64,000 bases of DNA. Origin: Tubulanus polymorphus. Its lineage: Eukaryota > Animalia > Nemertea. The stretch spans positions 7,410,451-7,474,450 of the forward strand of contig NC_134035.1 in the NCBI RefSeq assembly GCF_964204645.1, in the 5' to 3' direction. The notes beneath the pieces are model-generated. The model searched no databases. It saw only the letters and a program-made list of their open reading frames with translations, and was not told the DNA's origin. Of the stretch, positions 15,001 to 30,000 are shown in pieces. The position numbers were made by a program, and so were the translations under genes. The stretch's first letter is position 1, and each line of letters starts with the position of its first letter.

Positions 15001-18000
15001 TTGATGCTGTATTAGAATTCAGGGTTATGTTGGCATTTCATTGTATGTTGTTGTTGTCCTCCAATTGCTTGTTTCTTTTTCATTGTTTTCACTGGAACAG
15101 ATAATAAAGATTCTATCCTCTGTTTTTCATACTGCTCCTGATTCCTTGAAAATATCCCCTCTAAATTGATTAGATATTTTAAAGCACCTCAAATCAAATC
15201 TCTTAATCAGAGAAATAACTTAAATCACTGTGAAATTCCTTAAAATTTTTAAAGTGGCCAATATGATGACTCACTTCATAGGCCTATTGCTTCTGACTAT
15301 ATCAGCGAGATGCCCATACTAGTAGACCTTTTAGAGGGGGACCAGTGTATGATACCACGCTAAAGCTTCTTTGAAGAAATAAAATCTAGTATCAAAAGAC
15401 TAGTAAAAATAAAATTTAACCCATCAAAATCTATGCTCTAATAAAAACGTATTCACATGTTATTAACTGTAATATACTTTACCACCGTCACTGTCTATAG
15501 TTTTAAAAAGTATTTTATCTTGAATTTCTAAAAGGCATTGATCTACATTTGTCCGAAAAAAACAGAAATCCCCCTGGCTACGGCCCTGTATTTTCGCTCT
15601 TGCCATGTAAACCATACCTAGAAATTCTAGAACAACAGTATAGTAGTATGAACAACGGATGATGAATTCCAGACAGAGTGTTTCTTTGGATACTATACGT
15701 GTGTGATGTGCTCTTCATTATATGTTAATCTTTTCATTCACATGTACTCATAATATTTGTCTTAAGCCACTTGGAATTTTGCGAGCACGTGAGCATCGAG
15801 AATACAGACAACTCGATATCGTATCAACTCAGTGAAATATTTTCAGTCCCCATGCTTATGAGACTTTATTGCTGTATAAAAGAAATTGTTTTGAAATTAT
15901 CAATGTTGTTTTGTGTATTTTTAGCAATGAAGATGGCGCAGTAACGAATAATTGTGGACTGTGTCACATTCCATATACCGAGTCAACCGCTCCATTTCCC
16001 ATTAATCTATCAGCTTGTCACATCTGTCGGTAAGCGAGCCTCACTTAATATGGTGATTTGTAATCGGTTGATGGAATTGAAAATCGATGGAATATTCCTA
16101 TTTCAATGATTTCAATTTCTCCGTAAAGAATGATATTTCGTTATCATCGAGAAATGATAATACAAGTATTGAAAAAAACAACACAAAATGGCTCCAGTCA
16201 TGTAAAAAACCTAGCTCAGTGTCACGATAAAGTTTAACTCAAATTTTGGTTAAGTTCAGTGTTGTCAGACTTCCAGAAATTTCCGGAATTCCGGAAATTG
16301 AAACTTTCAACAAAAAAGTTCCCGCAAATTTTCGGCCATTCTACTACATCTAATAAACGATTTTTAAGAAAGATGTTTTTGTTTTTATTCATGAGCGATA
16401 GTTAAGTCAGCATAAGCCTCCCGTGATGCTGAACAAAATCGCTCCGTGAACGCTCATAGCCGTTGCTATGATGTCATCACCTATTCATAAGCATAAAAAA
16501 ACAATGTAGGTGGCATCACATTATGGGCTCTGAAAGCCGTTTTTTGCATTATGGTACGGGGAACGATCTTGAATTTTGTTTCTGGAAATATATTTGCCAG
16601 GTGCTGGCAACACTGTAATTTGCAATCTGTAAATTCATATTTTCGATGATGACAAAAATTTCAAACTTCACCGTTTTAAGCATAAAATCTTCATAAAACT
16701 GTACCCTGGCAGGAAAGGGTTAATTCTGACTCCTCATGCTCTGAATTATTGATTTCTCGTCTCGTCATCTGCGCGAAAATAAACAATTTCTACTCGAACA
16801 AATTTCAACCTTTTCATTCGCAGAAAGCAAAAAGTACCCGACGTGCTGTTCACGACGGTTGATCCACCTGCTGAGCTGCCCATCATCGGTAAGGGCGCGT
16901 TGATACAGGCTCGAATCTGTCGACAAAAACGTGACGAAAAATCAGAAGCTAATGCCAAAGAGATCAGTGACGTGAGTAGAATTAAAAAAATATAGTTTAA
17001 TATACATGTAGTTTAAAGCCCCCAAAATAAGCAAATCACGGAGATATAAATAACACAATTTTTGCTATCCTTTATCAGATTTTGAAAATTCTAGCATTCT
17101 TACAATAGTTTATTATATCCACCAGACGCAGGGGGTATTATATGATATATGAAGTTAAACATGTAATGCCATCCAAGATATAGCAATTTTCATACAAAGT
17201 GGATGTTGATGTCGGACCTATGAGGTTATTTTATTGTCAACCAATTATGTGGTTGATCATGTGCAATGTCGGGGATAATAAGGTGCAATATTCAATATAT
17301 TGTTGTCCATATGGTAATTTATTTTTGCATGTATTTTCAGTGTTTACCGTTTATGGAGTACGATCTTCACAGTCAGTTACTGTCGAAATTGAAAATTAAA
17401 GGAATGAATGCTTTGTTTGGTCTGCGAGTTCAAGTCACTATTGGAGAAGAACTCATCATTGTTTTAGCGGTAAGATTCCGTCAGCAGCTGGTGTTCGAGT
17501 GCCTTTAAGAATACAAAGCTATAAGCAGTTTTAACTCATAAACCTACAAACCAAAAGTCTCTATAATGCACAAAATATTACTTAGATTTTCAAAATTCTT
17601 TTGAGTAGGACCGTTCACCCGTCTCAGGCAGATGACGTGGATAGTGAACGTGTTGACAGTATTCCAGGTTTTGTTTTATTTTCATTTCAGACTGCTACTG
17701 GTGCGCTTATAGCTGGTCTTCCTACTCCGGCATTACCAAAAGTTTCTGGAAAGGTAGGCAAGCAGTATTTTTTTGATTTATGTATTCAGATTTTGGGTGC
17801 ACCCCATGATGATCCCGATGTTTCCCAGAAAATGATAGTTAGTTATCGTTCTCATCTATTTTCTGAATGATAAGACAATTAATTACGTATAATTTTCTGT
17901 GATCAAGATGTATAATAGGATGTCTATTTCGTATGTAGAAAATTAGGTAAATATCACCTTGCATCAATGCAAAGAATTGAATTTATGATGGTCAGTAATG

Positions 18001-21000
18001 ATGTAGGAAAATAGACGCCTCATGAATAGTACAAAGTTTTATCTGATTGATTATCTGGTTAATTATTGAAAAATGGATGAGTAACCAACTGACCACCATT
18101 TTATGGGACTCCCTGGATCTAGTTCCACAGTTGTGAATCAATATTTGATTCTAGAGTTAAAACATCAGAAATGAATTAATTTTAACTCTCTAGAGTCAAA
18201 CTCTACTCCGAACTGTGGAACTGGGCCTTGTATTCTGCTTGCAGTTATGATCATTTTGAGTTTTTTTTTGCATTTCATTCTAAAGTTTTTTATTTTCTTT
18301 GATATTTTAAGTTTATATCGTTTTTAAGGTGTTCGCAAAATTCGCGTGAACAGTTTCTTCTCTCTTCCAGGTGTTCTTTTGATTTATATTTTTCGCGCTC
18401 TGCAATATTGTTTTCAGGTGTTTCGTAGACATAGAAAAAAGAAATTTCAGTATCGTCCTTGTGTATCAAAGGTACAATGTAGTGCTAATAGATGGCGTAC
18501 TGCTCTTTTCTATATTATACCTGTATAACGAATCAACATTTCATGTTTTTCATTCTGTCACTCCGTTAATCATTATGCATATGATCGAATTATCGATGTT
18601 CTTGTACATGTATACATGAATGTAAAATAGCAATATGGTATTTACTGGTAACCTTTCGTTGCTAACAGTTTTTCCACGCTTAAGTGCTGGAGAAAATTTG
18701 AACATTCCATGACACTTGTATACGAGATCAGCAGACATTGCGTCTATTCGGGAGTGTGGTGTATGATGGATGTACATTTATTGCTAAATTGTGTCTACCC
18801 CATAGTATGCAGTGTTCAATGTACCACTATATTGCATATACCCTGTAGTGCAGTGTATGATATACGTATGGCTATATTTTATGTCTACACGCTGTGCAGT
18901 GTATGGCGATGTTTATTTAGTTACCAACATTTCACTATGCCAGGTGCTAGTTTCTTTCAATAGGGTTTTTAACTAATAATCAATTCATGGATACACCACA
19001 AAAACATGGATACACTGCATTATGGGGTACATGACCTTCTGCGTTGTTGCCTACTTGTACTAATTAAGTGGAGGAGATGGAGGAAAGTCAGATCGCAAGC
19101 TGACCATCAACATACCTTAAAATGTGCTCTATGCTCTGTATTCATCAGGACTTGATTCCATATTAATTGGATAAGTTTGATATTAGAGTTATAATCACTT
19201 TAGTCGAATTTTGTATAACTGACTTTGAAACAGGCTGGGGATCTATTTATTTACATGTATGGATTGGACGAAACAGATTAAAAATAAATGATGACAAATC
19301 TATTTACAGCGGTATTTTTGTTCTACATGTTATTACGTATCTCTTTAATTAGGGTGAAATATCGTCGAAAGATAAAAGACTCGTCGATCTACAGAAAAAA
19401 CTTGTCGATTGCGTAAATCGAAACAAAGAAATATACGAGTTGAATTCCACAGTACACGTAAGTTTAGAGTTATTATTATAACAGGTTGCTATAGCTATAT
19501 AAATTGGCAATGAAAATTCTACTAGGTAATAAAACAATGGTAGTAAGTCAGAGAAAACTGTAAGCCAATAAAAAACTGTTATGCTACGACAAATGAAACC
19601 CCAGCTACTACAAGATATCTTTAACTAAGACCCCTAAAACTACAAGATATTTTTTGCTAAAAGTTTGTCACATTGTAGAATTGTAATTTTTTACCATGGA
19701 GACAATCGTGAAAATACATTCTGTTTCATTCTTTTCTTGTAAGACTCCGAAAATTCCATATTATGCCGCAGCGCCACTTTCTTCGTTGATTTTTTCGCCG
19801 TGATTGTCTCGCATCTGTCGTTGTCACCTACTGGTGTTGTTGCTTTTTTAGTGCAGGCAGATGTTGCTTCATCCCTTATTATTTTGATCTCTGGTTGTTC
19901 TTTCTTAGTTTGTTCTCTTCGGGTATTATGGTTTGACAAATTCTTGTCTTCGTTTTTAGCCACATCCGATATTGGGTTGGTTATTGTTTCTACTGATTTC
20001 AACGGAGCTGTGTTGTAAGGCGAATTTTCTGCCATTTTTTCTTCGATTTCTTTCTCTTTTATTTTTCTCGGATGGACCACTTTCAAATCATTATCATCAT
20101 TTTGGTTCATCTTTCTCCCAATTGTCGGTGTAGTTTGTGGACCTGTATTTGAATTTATTACCGATGCTTCCATCCACTGCTCCTCATTTGATTTTTCATC
20201 GCCCTTAATTCTTATTTCTTCCCTTTCATCTTTAGCTGGTTCAAATTCTTCTTCCTTTTGTTCGAGTGTCTTCACTAAGACCTCTCTTTGTCGTTGTTTT
20301 TCTTCATGTTGTTTGATCAGCTTTATGATCGGCTCTGATCTTGTGTAAAACTTTGCCGACTTGTTGACCTACAGATCAAAGAAAATATCCGATAATATTC
20401 CGGTATTAAGACATACATTAGGAAAAACTATTGTGGTGTAAAAGGCCTTAGCTCTAATTGTCCATGGACCTCTATGTTAAACTACGTTCAATAAGAATAC
20501 TCACTCGGTCTAATACAGTCAGGTCAGCTTGTTTCAATAATAGTTTTATCACTTCTGTGTGATGATTTTTACAGGCATAGTGAAGTGCAGTTGAACCACT
20601 GGCCTGAAATGATCATAGATTCTCTTTGAAATTTCTGACGTCAGGTGGTTCCAGGACCCCCTGACAACTGGCGTGATATCCATGGTTGCTGGATGACTGA
20701 ATTCGCTTCATCTTATTCGCAACTATCTTTCTGATTTATGCTAGAATTATGATCCCCTGTTCATCGATCTCTCGATAAGTTCAAGTTCAAGTTGATTTAT
20801 TTCATAGAAAAGAGTATGTAAATGCATTTCTGCATCTACACTCAGCTGGACTTGTATGAATAATGTTGTCTTTGTGAACAAATATTTCGACAAATTTTGT
20901 TTATTTTTCTTACTGGGCCAAAAGTTGAGAAATTGAGAAGATGAGACAACTTCTCAATTTCTCGTCAAAAGTTGTGCACGTGAACCTAGCATGATATTTG

Positions 21001-24000
21001 GAGAAAATGATTTTCTTTACCTGAGATCTTATGTTCACATCACATCCAGCATTAAGAAGTAGTTTCACAATATCAGTGTGGCCAGCAGTAGCTGCCAGAA
21101 TTAGTGCAGTTTGACCATGCTGTAATAATGAAGATTTATAAGAGGTGATTCCTAAGGCAAGAAATGGGCAGGTGCATTCCTAGATATAGAAGATGTCTGG
21201 GAGCAAAGCCATATTTATCCTCCCAAAAATAGTTATACAGCTATATCCAAGATGGCTAGATTCATATAAATATTTCTGGGACTTTCCTTTATCAATCATG
21301 AGTTAACACGGAAATAATTATGTTTTCCATTAATTTGTTTAACTTGTTTATATGAAACTCTTGCTAAGGTTTTAAAGCTTTTCGTGAGCTACAACTTAAC
21401 GATTATTTTTATCAAATCTTTTCACTAAAGTTCTTAGTCAATTCGAGTTCATGCAGTTGAATATCAATTCAATCGTTGTAAACTCACTTGATTCTGGATA
21501 TCTACTGTGGCTCCTGCTTTGATCAAATATTTTACTATGGTTGTCTGGCCCTGGTGACAGGAATTTTGCAATGCCGTTTGTCCGTACTGGAAATATGTAG
21601 TAAAATACAGTCATGTTCATGTACTGGTATGTGACAGTAATCAAACCCTTCCGACATTACAGATGAGAGAATCCTCGATTGCTTTCGTCTACGAGCAATC
21701 ACTGCAGAGTCCTCATTTAAATTGATATGACCTATTTTTGATTAAGTTATACCCTACCTCCTTACCTGCGAAAGTATTTTTCATTTCTTTCTAAAAACTT
21801 ACTCGACTTTGAAAATCAACATTTTGTCCCTGTTGGATATGCTTATTGACCACATCACCTTCTCCTTTAGCTGCAGCTGCCGCAAGTGTCAACATTTCTC
21901 TTCCTTTTCTCAATTAAATATATTGAAAAATTGAATGTATTCTTCAACGAGGTATATATTCAACGATTCGAGGTATATACCTTTGGATTTAAGCCCTTTT
22001 TTATTCTAAAAAATAAATGACCTAGTCTCAACCACTTCGCGTATTAATCACTTCAACACCTTAGGGAAATAATCTGAATTGCATTAGTTGTTTTCTGCCT
22101 TAAGACCACTTTCAGTTATATGAGATCCAAACCACTTTAGTTAACTAGATTACGTTACAGCAGTTTACCGAAGTACTTGCAAATTTTCATAAATCGCATA
22201 CCGTATTCAAATACGCTTTCATAGAACCAGTTTATTATTTCATTTTCTAGTGTGAAACATCGTGATCAATGTTAAAAGTATTACATATTCGCAATCAAAA
22301 AATGTTGATCATAGGTTTCATGGTCAATCCGGATACTATCTCTGCTTTATAGTGTGTTTTCAGCCCAAAATAATCCAGAACTTAGCATAATAACTAAGCC
22401 TAATTATTTGTCTAACATCTATATTTCAGGAATGTGCAATTGCTACAGATTCTGCTCAGCTAACAGATGAAAGCGAAGAGGAATTGTCTGATTTAGATTT
22501 ATCGGCAGGCAATAAAGAGACTTTTTTACTTGAGGTATGTTGCGACTATACTAATACCCAAATTATTGTATCTGTATTCATTTAGACTGGATCATACTTG
22601 TGAGTTCATTTCTAATACATGCGTATACATGTTATGTTTTAACATCGGTACATTTTAAATTTTTAAATTAGTTGCAATGAACTTGTGGCAGATTTATGTT
22701 AGATACATATATATCAATGTATGAATGCAGAATCAGGCGGGCAAGTTGTAGTATAGCAAATGATCTGCTATCCGGTACTAGATTGAACTTGGGGTTATAG
22801 CAGTCATGCAACCAAGTGGTTTTAAAACCTTAGCGAATGGAGTCAATTGAAATTATTCATGCAATTTATATTCAAACAGGTCGATGATGCTGATGAAGAT
22901 ATAGGACAATTATTGCTGGAGAACCATCTTCCAGATGGATTTGAAGTTTGTAATACTCAAAGAATGCCAGGAATAGCAAATGACGTTTGCAACCTGCAGG
23001 TATTATTATGTTTCTGTTTTCAGATTAACTAAATACTGAATAAGCATGAAATATGGCCACGGTTTTGGTATCATGATAACAATTGTTCTTGTGGATAAGT
23101 ATAATATGTGGATTTACGAAAACCAAGGGTCACAATCTCATTCAGTATTGAGTACTGATAGTGATATTGTATTGCCCCTGTTTCAATTGAAAAAATCAAG
23201 TCAGGAACTGGACTGGTTTATTTAGTAACTAGAATATGGTTTAGTCAGTAACCAGACTGATTCAGTCGGTAACTAGAATGTGGGTTAGTCAGTTATTTTA
23301 CTGATTTAGTCAGTAATTTGAATCTGGTGTCAACAACCTGGCTATAGTTTAGCGTAAGAAAGCAGTTCATTCATTGACGTATGCTAAATATCTATTCATT
23401 AATCTTTCAGTTGTTCACTCGTGTTTGGAGAGGTCATCTCGTGAATAAGATGAGTAAAGAATTCGCAACCATCGTCGATGATTTTGTTAATGTATGCAGA
23501 TTTATTTTCCAATACAAAAATATCCAGCCTTATCAGGGAAATCATCTCTTTTTTTTTGGTTTTTTCATGCAGAGTATTTTCTTCAAGTTGCGTAAAATGC
23601 AGCCGTGCGTGTTGTGCAACTTGGATTTCAACGTCAAAGTACCGGATAAGAACGAAATTCAGTTGTCAGTGACCGGTATCTGCGTCGGTCTCGGCGAAAT
23701 GAACAACGTCGCCAGTACCAGTTCGAGTTTGAACAAATCGTCAGATTTGAAAACATCCGGTAAATAATACATTATTCTGAGTAAAAGTATGGGGAACTGA
23801 CTGAGGCAGGGGCAAATCTAGGGGGGTTTTGGGAGCGTTGAATCCTGTCTTCCCATCAAGGTTGCCCGTTGTGTCATTAAACCCTATAAATTTGACACTC
23901 ATCCTCTCTGAAATTGCATATTTTCGGATTGGTTTATAAGACCGAGAGGAATCCTCAGGGCTGCTTTATCTGAGAAATGCCTCTACTTTTTGTTTCGAAC

Positions 24001-27000
24001 CTGGCCGCCTTCAACATTTTCCCTGATCTGCCCCTGCCGAGTGTGTGGTACATTTCTCTTTGCTACTGCGCTTCTTTAACCTTCATTCATTGTTATCAAT
24101 TTCTTTAATGTCAAATCTTTTTGCATTCATGGTTTTTCGGTACAATTTTTTCTTCCATCTTTTTCTGTAATGTGTTTTTGTATATTTGATATTCTTTTTT
24201 ATCAGCCAGTCTCCCTTCTAACCTTAACACAACCCATTGTATACCACTTATTTACGGTAAGTTAAACGTTCCCAGCTTGGATTTTGTGTGTGCTGTGATG
24301 AGTCTGTGTATAAGTGGCATGCTTTGCTCGTAAGGTAATATGAGTACGCTCATGATATAGGCCACATGCATAACCAGCAAAATGACCGACGAGATTAAAT
24401 GATGTAGACCTATTAATGATATTCTACTAGATATAGTTGATCGCGTGTGAATTTTTGAATGTGACATTTGAAGTTAGCCACCATCTTGCACTCTCCGCTT
24501 GAATTTGTTTGGCTTTTCACCTCTATACATAGTTCATAAACCATGCAGCAACTATCTTGAAGAAACTGCGATCAAATAGCAAGTATCTGCTGCCAATATC
24601 TAGGTATCCTGTACACTTTCCAGGTCTACTACCGCTGCCAATGACTGTTATCTTATCTCTTGTATTGATCTGATCTCTCAATGATCTAGCATTCTAGCTG
24701 TAGGAGTGCACAGTTCCTGTAAACAAACTTGGTTGTCAATTTAGAACAAAGGCTGGCAATGTTAACTACGTATATGAACTATTTGAGGGTTGATGAAAAA
24801 GAAGAAGGGGGCTTTGTGGGTACACAGAACATGTGAAATCGAAATTCTGTGTACGTACACGAAATATGCTACTATTTCATGATCCCTCAAATCCTGCCAT
24901 ATAATAGCTATTGGAGTAGAACAATATCTTGCCTAGTTTCTTTAAGATATTTTTTCGATGTGTGCCTACACAGACATGCTACCTCATAATCAACCTTCAA
25001 ATCCTGCCACAAATGTAACTACAAAAATAACTTAAACATTGTGAAGAATACTCGTTTAATTGGTCAGTACCTGGTAATTCAAACTCTTTAACATTAACTC
25101 GTCATCAAAAGCTAACTGCTAGTTGCTCATATGTTATTGTCATATTTTTTTGGGGTAGATTTTTTGGTAACATGATATATTTATGGCAGCCACATTTTCA
25201 GAAGCGTTCCGTAATATTTCTTTCTTTCAACAGTTTCACCGCACATGAATGATCATGACGATTCAATGATGATGTTTCATATGGAGGGAGTAACCGAATC
25301 ATCGACGTCGTCGCTGCAAAGCTACGTGAGTCGTTCATCAGCGTCGTTAGACCGTACTCCGTCGTCTGCTGTACGAACAACGCTTGATACATCCACTGCT
25401 CAAGGCTGTCAGCAACAACGAAGTAAGGCTCTACGTTCAGTCCCGATCTGTAGCCCTATACGCTGCATAGTGTGTGTCATTCCTGCAGATTTCTATGAAA
25501 CTCAGTGGTACCAACGATAACAGTAATGTGGCTTATATAGGGCTTAATCTAGTCAGGCTGCGCAGAGTGCAGATTTTCTTTTATTAGTTGGTATACCTGC
25601 CCCAAGTTATATCTCTATATTGTATATTGTGTATTCATCTCTCCCTAGAGAGATGGAACGTTGGTATTATCGCCCCTAGTCTATAGCCATGTTCACACTG
25701 GTGCTTATGAAGTACCGTACTTCGCTGGTGCCGAATTCACCAAAATACGACGCTTATACAGCCAGTTAAGTTCACACGTAGAATCGGCAATACAGCACTT
25801 AGTAAGCCCAGTATAGTAGTCACCCGGTGTGCCGATAGAGGGGAGTGTAATTAGTGCTCAGTGTATTGTACTACGAAGATGTTAATACGCAGCTAGCTAA
25901 GCGCCGAATCTGCATTCACACTACAGAAAATATGCGGCCAGCTCAGTTCCGTACTTAATACTCAATTCCGCGCTTAACAAGCTGTGTATTTCAGTACGGA
26001 ACTGAATAAGCCGCGAATAATTTCCAAGTGTGAACACTTAGTACCGTACCGAAATCCTAGTGTGAACGCAGCTTATATCAGTCATCTCTCCCTGGTGAGA
26101 AGTAACATCCGAGTTTCTGTACTCAGCATTCAGGAGTTATCTATGAGGCCAATTACCCATTCATTTGCTCAGTGGTGGTGGATAGCCACTCAATTATACG
26201 GGTACTGCTCTATGATCTTGATAATGGCTTATTTTTGGTGTCTGGTCACTAAACATGAATTTTTTTTGGCTGTATACACGCTGTATACTTCCTGCTACAC
26301 TCGTTCAATGAATTATTATATCCGTTTCAAATGATTTTTTGACATTTTGTTTTCATTTTTGTTTCTATTCGGTTTTTTCATTGCATTTGTAGTTTTGGTT
26401 CCACGGAGTAAGTATATAGTAAGGTGTTTGTAACGCAAGGCGAGCGTGAGTGAGAGAGAATGAGTCACATGTAGAGCGCACTAAAACTAGTTTAGGCTCC
26501 TTTCACAATCTTTTTATTTTCCTCAATGTATAAGATAAGACAATGATATCGCGCGGAATACCTTATCAACATTGTCACACGTTAAATATTTCGCTGAATA
26601 ATTGCTTTACAAAGAAATGAAAATTGACTAACGATCATATTTCAGTAAAAGTTTAAGATAGATAGTACATAGAAGGTTAACTAGATTTATTTAGAGTACA
26701 AATGTTCGCTACTAGTGCATAGTAGCTTTATCAGGTCATAAATGCACTAGTAGCAAATACTTTTACTCTAAATGAATCTAGTCAACCTTTGAAGTACTGT
26801 CTTTAACGTTTTACTGATTCAGTACCGCGTTAAAACATCTCTTCTGATCATATTTTAGAAAATAATTACTAGATTACGTTATGCTTAAGTCCGCTCGAGC
26901 AGCGTCATAATCTGAATAATCAGACGATCTTTCGGCTTTTCCCTAGTAGAGAACAACAGATGTAACTTAGGACTAAAGACGAGATATCATTAGCGTATGA

Positions 27001-30000
27001 TAATCTACTATAAGAATTGATGATTGAGTTTGTTGACTTTTTCAAAAGCGATGAACATGTAACTATTTTTTGTTGTTCGCTATTGTTCTGTTATCATATT
27101 TTGTGTGAAAATAATATCCCTTTGAGATCACTCTGAGAATTGGAAATTCATTGATTAACATTACCACTCGATGATTAGCATTACTACACTAGGCGTGTAT
27201 CACTTACACATCCTGCAGACAGTAGATACACTGTGATATGCACTGTTTAATGTGGTTGCGAGATGAAATTTACATTTTTTTTTCGCAAATCATCGGCTGC
27301 ATGATGAAACAACCTCTTTTAGCTAAAAGAGTTCAGTGTGCCATTTGAATGCGTGCTAACTGAACTAGAGAATACAATAGTCTTGAAGCCACCACACTGT
27401 TTCGATGCATCATCGTGTTTCAATTGAATAATTTTGTGGTCTTATATTATGATAAGTGTCTCTAAGCACGGTACTCTAGCAATTTATCAACATATACAGA
27501 GTTATTGCATTTATTCAACAGCAAACTTAGACTTTTTATTATTGATTTGCAATTTTCAACCTAGATGAAACATAAACCTGATGAGTGAATCCTCCAATTA
27601 ACTAACATTCCCCTTCGACGAACGCATCCAACGAAGCTTTCTTTTTTTATTCTTATTCACCTTCCTGAATGAACACATCTTTCTAAGCTGTCATTGACAA
27701 AATATGGTGAGGTATGCGCGAGTCGGAAGTTTTGGGACAATAAGATTTTCTACTTCTGACTACTGTATGAATAAATCGGATTTGCAAGTGTTCAACGTCT
27801 TATAAATGGGCTCAATGTTAGTTCATACAATGAATTGATTCGTCTTATATATAACATCTACATGTGTCTCCAACTATTAGTGTGTTTGGTTGAACAACAG
27901 AAATTTCATAGGGCATTTAAACCGACTACCGGGTAATAGCTAGTGAGCTTCTGAATTTCGGGAAAGTATTTAGAAATTAGGAAAAAAATTGGACCAAACA
28001 TTCTCTGACGTGAGCATTTATCCGACTTAGGCATGGTTTACTGTATCACCTTTTGACGCAATTCAAAGTCTGCCCTTTTTTGTAACCACTTCCAATTGTT
28101 TAGATATAAAAAAACATGTGCGGATTCTATGTTCATTATCGATCTTAAAAAAACTTGCCTATTGAAACCGTTACCTATTTTGTTCTTTCAAATGAGTTGA
28201 GTATAAAACTTGCGGTTGCATGATTACTTACACTGTCTAACAACGCGCGCATGGAATTAACGGATTTTTACAATCTGCTCGTATGAAGAAAACATCTGAA
28301 TTGACTTGCATATTTTTTCAGTTTATTCACCCAAGACTTTATTCGTAATCTCTTGCATTTTATCATTAAATAGAATATTTTAAAACTGAATTAGAATCCT
28401 CCCCTGCTTCTGGGAAGTTTTACCGATAATTTGTTTTATTCTTTTTTCAGCACCAAAAGTTGGTCGAGAGAGAAAGCATAGTTTTCATGTATGTATATTT
28501 TCGTAGAAGTATGAAAATATCAGCGAGCTTCTTTTCAAAAACTTTGACATTTTGATCCTTAAAGAATGATCCTGATAGTAACTCTGTATTAGCTCTTGGT
28601 GGCATAAATTGTAACCACTGAACATACACAACTGATTTTTTTGTCATTAGGAGGGAAATAGGGGATGGGGGAGAGTATTTTGACAAATATAACCCATGGC
28701 ACAGGCATCATTTATGAAAAGCGTAGGTCGGCTCTTGTTTTCTTATAGAACCAAATTCATGCGCAGGTCATCATTCACGTTTTGCTAAAAAAGAAAAAAG
28801 GAAATCGTCTGTGAATGTCTCATGTCATTGTCTGGATTTCTATTTTCAGTTGAAACCGAATCACAAACACGGCGTAGAATTAACGCCTCTATCGTACGTA
28901 CCCGGCGGTCGTATCGAGACCTATTTCGGTAACATCAACTTGTTTTTTATCCGAGAAAGTACGTCTATTCGAGAGGTAAAGTCTAGCGATTCTGCGATCG
29001 ATATTGTGAGTACATGATGACATTTTTATTACATGATCGGCTGCTTGTATTCCTCTCCACAGCTGCCTCTATTCCCTGTTCTCCTGCTCTAGTTAGTTGG
29101 TTTAAGACTTAGTGTTTATTTTCAGCCTTCGTTGATAGATTAACGTAACCTACGTATATAGTCCGTCCAAGTCAGATATAAGATAAAATGATGCGTCTAT
29201 TGATATGGAGGATTTGGTGCAGTTATTTGGGTTGTCACATTCCTTTGAAAATCCTTAAATTGCAAGCTTGATCCCTTATTTGGACTTATTTTTTGCTGGG
29301 ATTCCTTAAAATCTCTTGAAATCGTAAATTGAAATGAATTCCTGCTAGCATTGCTCTGGAGGACTTGACAGCCTGGGTTATTATACGGGTAACAGTTGAA
29401 CCTTCTTAAGACATACTGGGATATAGTTATCTATATGATATCACTAACAGAATTTTTTGCAAATCTGAAAATATAACTCATCTTATACTGGAAGTAACAG
29501 ACAAAATTCACTGGCCCTTGAAGTAGTTCATTTTAGGATTCATTGTACTTACTTGTGTTGCTTTATTTTTACTTCTATCTGACTTTGCCCCTATGTTCCT
29601 ATGCTCTGTTTCCATGGTTTCTTATCACAGTAGACATTGCTTAAGCGTAGTTCCATGATCCCCCAATTTCGCTGGAATACAACTAAATGTTGATGCTAGA
29701 TTTCGTCTTCAACTCAATTAAAATCTAACTATTTCTCAAATTTTAATGTAATTCTAAAAGAGTTCATCAGGCTCATAGCGTGAGGAATGTATGGGTGGGT
29801 TTGTTTTTAACTTGGTTGGAACTAACCGGGGTCTGAGGCCCTCTATCATGAAAATTTTGAAAATTTGATGCCCCGATATACCCTCCGAACAATTTTATTT
29901 GATATGAATCAAAGTTCTAAGTATGGGAAATTTTAGTATACATGTACGTATTATGTTATGATAGTTGTAAGTGCAATGTTTCTATTTGATGTCATTTTGA

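Noticed and set aside
21760-21772. AG|GT recursive-splice-like site in the first intron of the ankyrin gene
   Set aside because: Only about 36 nt from the upstream donor, too short for a normal intron, and there is no other support.
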